A stretch of 64,000 bases of DNA from Paraphysomonas bandaiensis (taxonomy: Eukaryota > Protista > Chrysophyceae), in contig CBFFRP010000430.1 in NCBI GenBank assembly GCA_965644295.1, positions 62,001 to 126,000 on the forward strand, in the 5' to 3' direction. The stretch's first letter is position 1. Every line of letters starts with the position of its first letter. This document shows, one piece after another, positions 63,401 through 64,000 of the stretch. The notes under the pieces were generated by a model. It saw only the letters and a program-made list of their open reading frames with translations. It made no database searches and was not told the DNA's origin. Both the position numbers and the translations under genes were made by a program.

Positions 63401-64000
63401 TGTAGACAGCAGCATTACAAGTGGTTCCTATGGGTCGCTACCATCACTGTACGAATGGCGGAAGTGTACACTCAACAGCACTTCAAAACTACAGGCTCAG
63501 GCCTGCGTTTTTGACTCTGAGTTGTTTGATCTTACCAATGGCTGGCTGGGCTATGACGTATGTAGTGATGAATTTGCTGGTGGGGCATACGTTTTCGAGG
63601 ATACTTTTGAACATTGGGCAGATGTTCAAGACTTCAGTTCGAATGAAATGGTTAGCGCTTACTGGGATGACACAATGAATGTCGAAACGAACTCATACTG
63701 CGGGACTGGAGAACATAACGGAGGATCGAAGGCACTAGTATTCTCAGGAGAGTTTTTTCGTTACGCTGAAACCAAGGACGTGGATGTCTTTTTCGGCGGG
63801 TGGATAGAAGCAGAACTTTTTATTGCACCTGTAGGGTATGATGTGAAGTATCCTAAGTAAGTGTTCGCAGTTGTTGTGGAAGTTGTATTATCCTTTAATA
63901 TGTTCCCACAGCTGTAAAACTGCGTACACTGGTCACATATCGGTGGAGTACTCCGTCGATCAAGGGGACAACTGGGTGGAGCTTGGATACTATGAGGCTT
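60490..64000 (+). CDS. Membrane protein: two RING-like Cys clusters, one TM, reelin-repeat/Asp-box-like region; runs off window (exons 60490-60808, 63157-about 63855, about 63912-end)
   Basis: CVIC...CC...C...CPNC and CRIC...CC...CDECY/YKFPQCRAC after splicing 60809-63156; TM LFTVVLGWVLTLFLVLSLMAVAIML; FEDTFE...YCGTG...ALVFSG..RYAETKDVD...VEYSVDQGDNW (SxDxGxxW). Confidence 0.72.
60793..63120 (+). repeat. Intronic minisatellite (about 44 units of roughly 40-65 bp) with a 935-bp higher-order duplication
   Basis: Unit core TGTGATGAGTGCTATT|GTAAGTCTCTCTTGTTG; rare variant GATGACTGCTATTGTAAGCC recurs at 61526 and 62461. Confidence 0.95.

Noticed and set aside
1-64000. tRNA or rRNA genes
   Set aside because: None recognised by eye; tRNAscan-SE or Infernal would be needed to exclude small RNAs

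Overview
Gene-dense, intron-rich eukaryotic DNA with short GT-AG introns. It is probably from a stramenopile such as a chrysophyte (inferred from protein flavour, not verified). About 17 host genes are recognisable: PFDN6, CSDE1/UNR-like, a permuted-papain/EF-hand protein, PDZ-RGS-DENN, RPL35A, an FkbM methyltransferase, CZIB/DUF866, JmjC, CSN8, two ankyrin genes, BTF3, COA7, MRPL46, SPRY, SMIM7 and a RING-like/TM/reelin-like protein. Most sit in head-to-head pairs around TACA/TATG- and CAGCAGTAC-rich spacers. Mobile DNA: two intact, virtually identical Ty1/Copia elements with non-canonical TA...TA LTR ends (3696-8874 minus; 26014-31192 plus), an internally deleted pogo-type transposon, a hAT-like MITE and a decayed Copia relic with two fold-back hairpins. 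Strongest candidates for something new: (1) a DARPin-like ankyrin gene of 20 tandem 99-nt phase-0 exons, one repeat each, with surface-biased variation and a chimeric exon from unequal crossover; (2) the recently active TA...TA Copia family, whose start codon is formed at the LTR/PBS junction, which carries an extra module after integrase, and whose two copies both lie just downstream of host stop codons; (3) a 2.3-kb intron made of about 44 tandem copies of its own exon/5' splice-site junction. All comparisons were done by eye.
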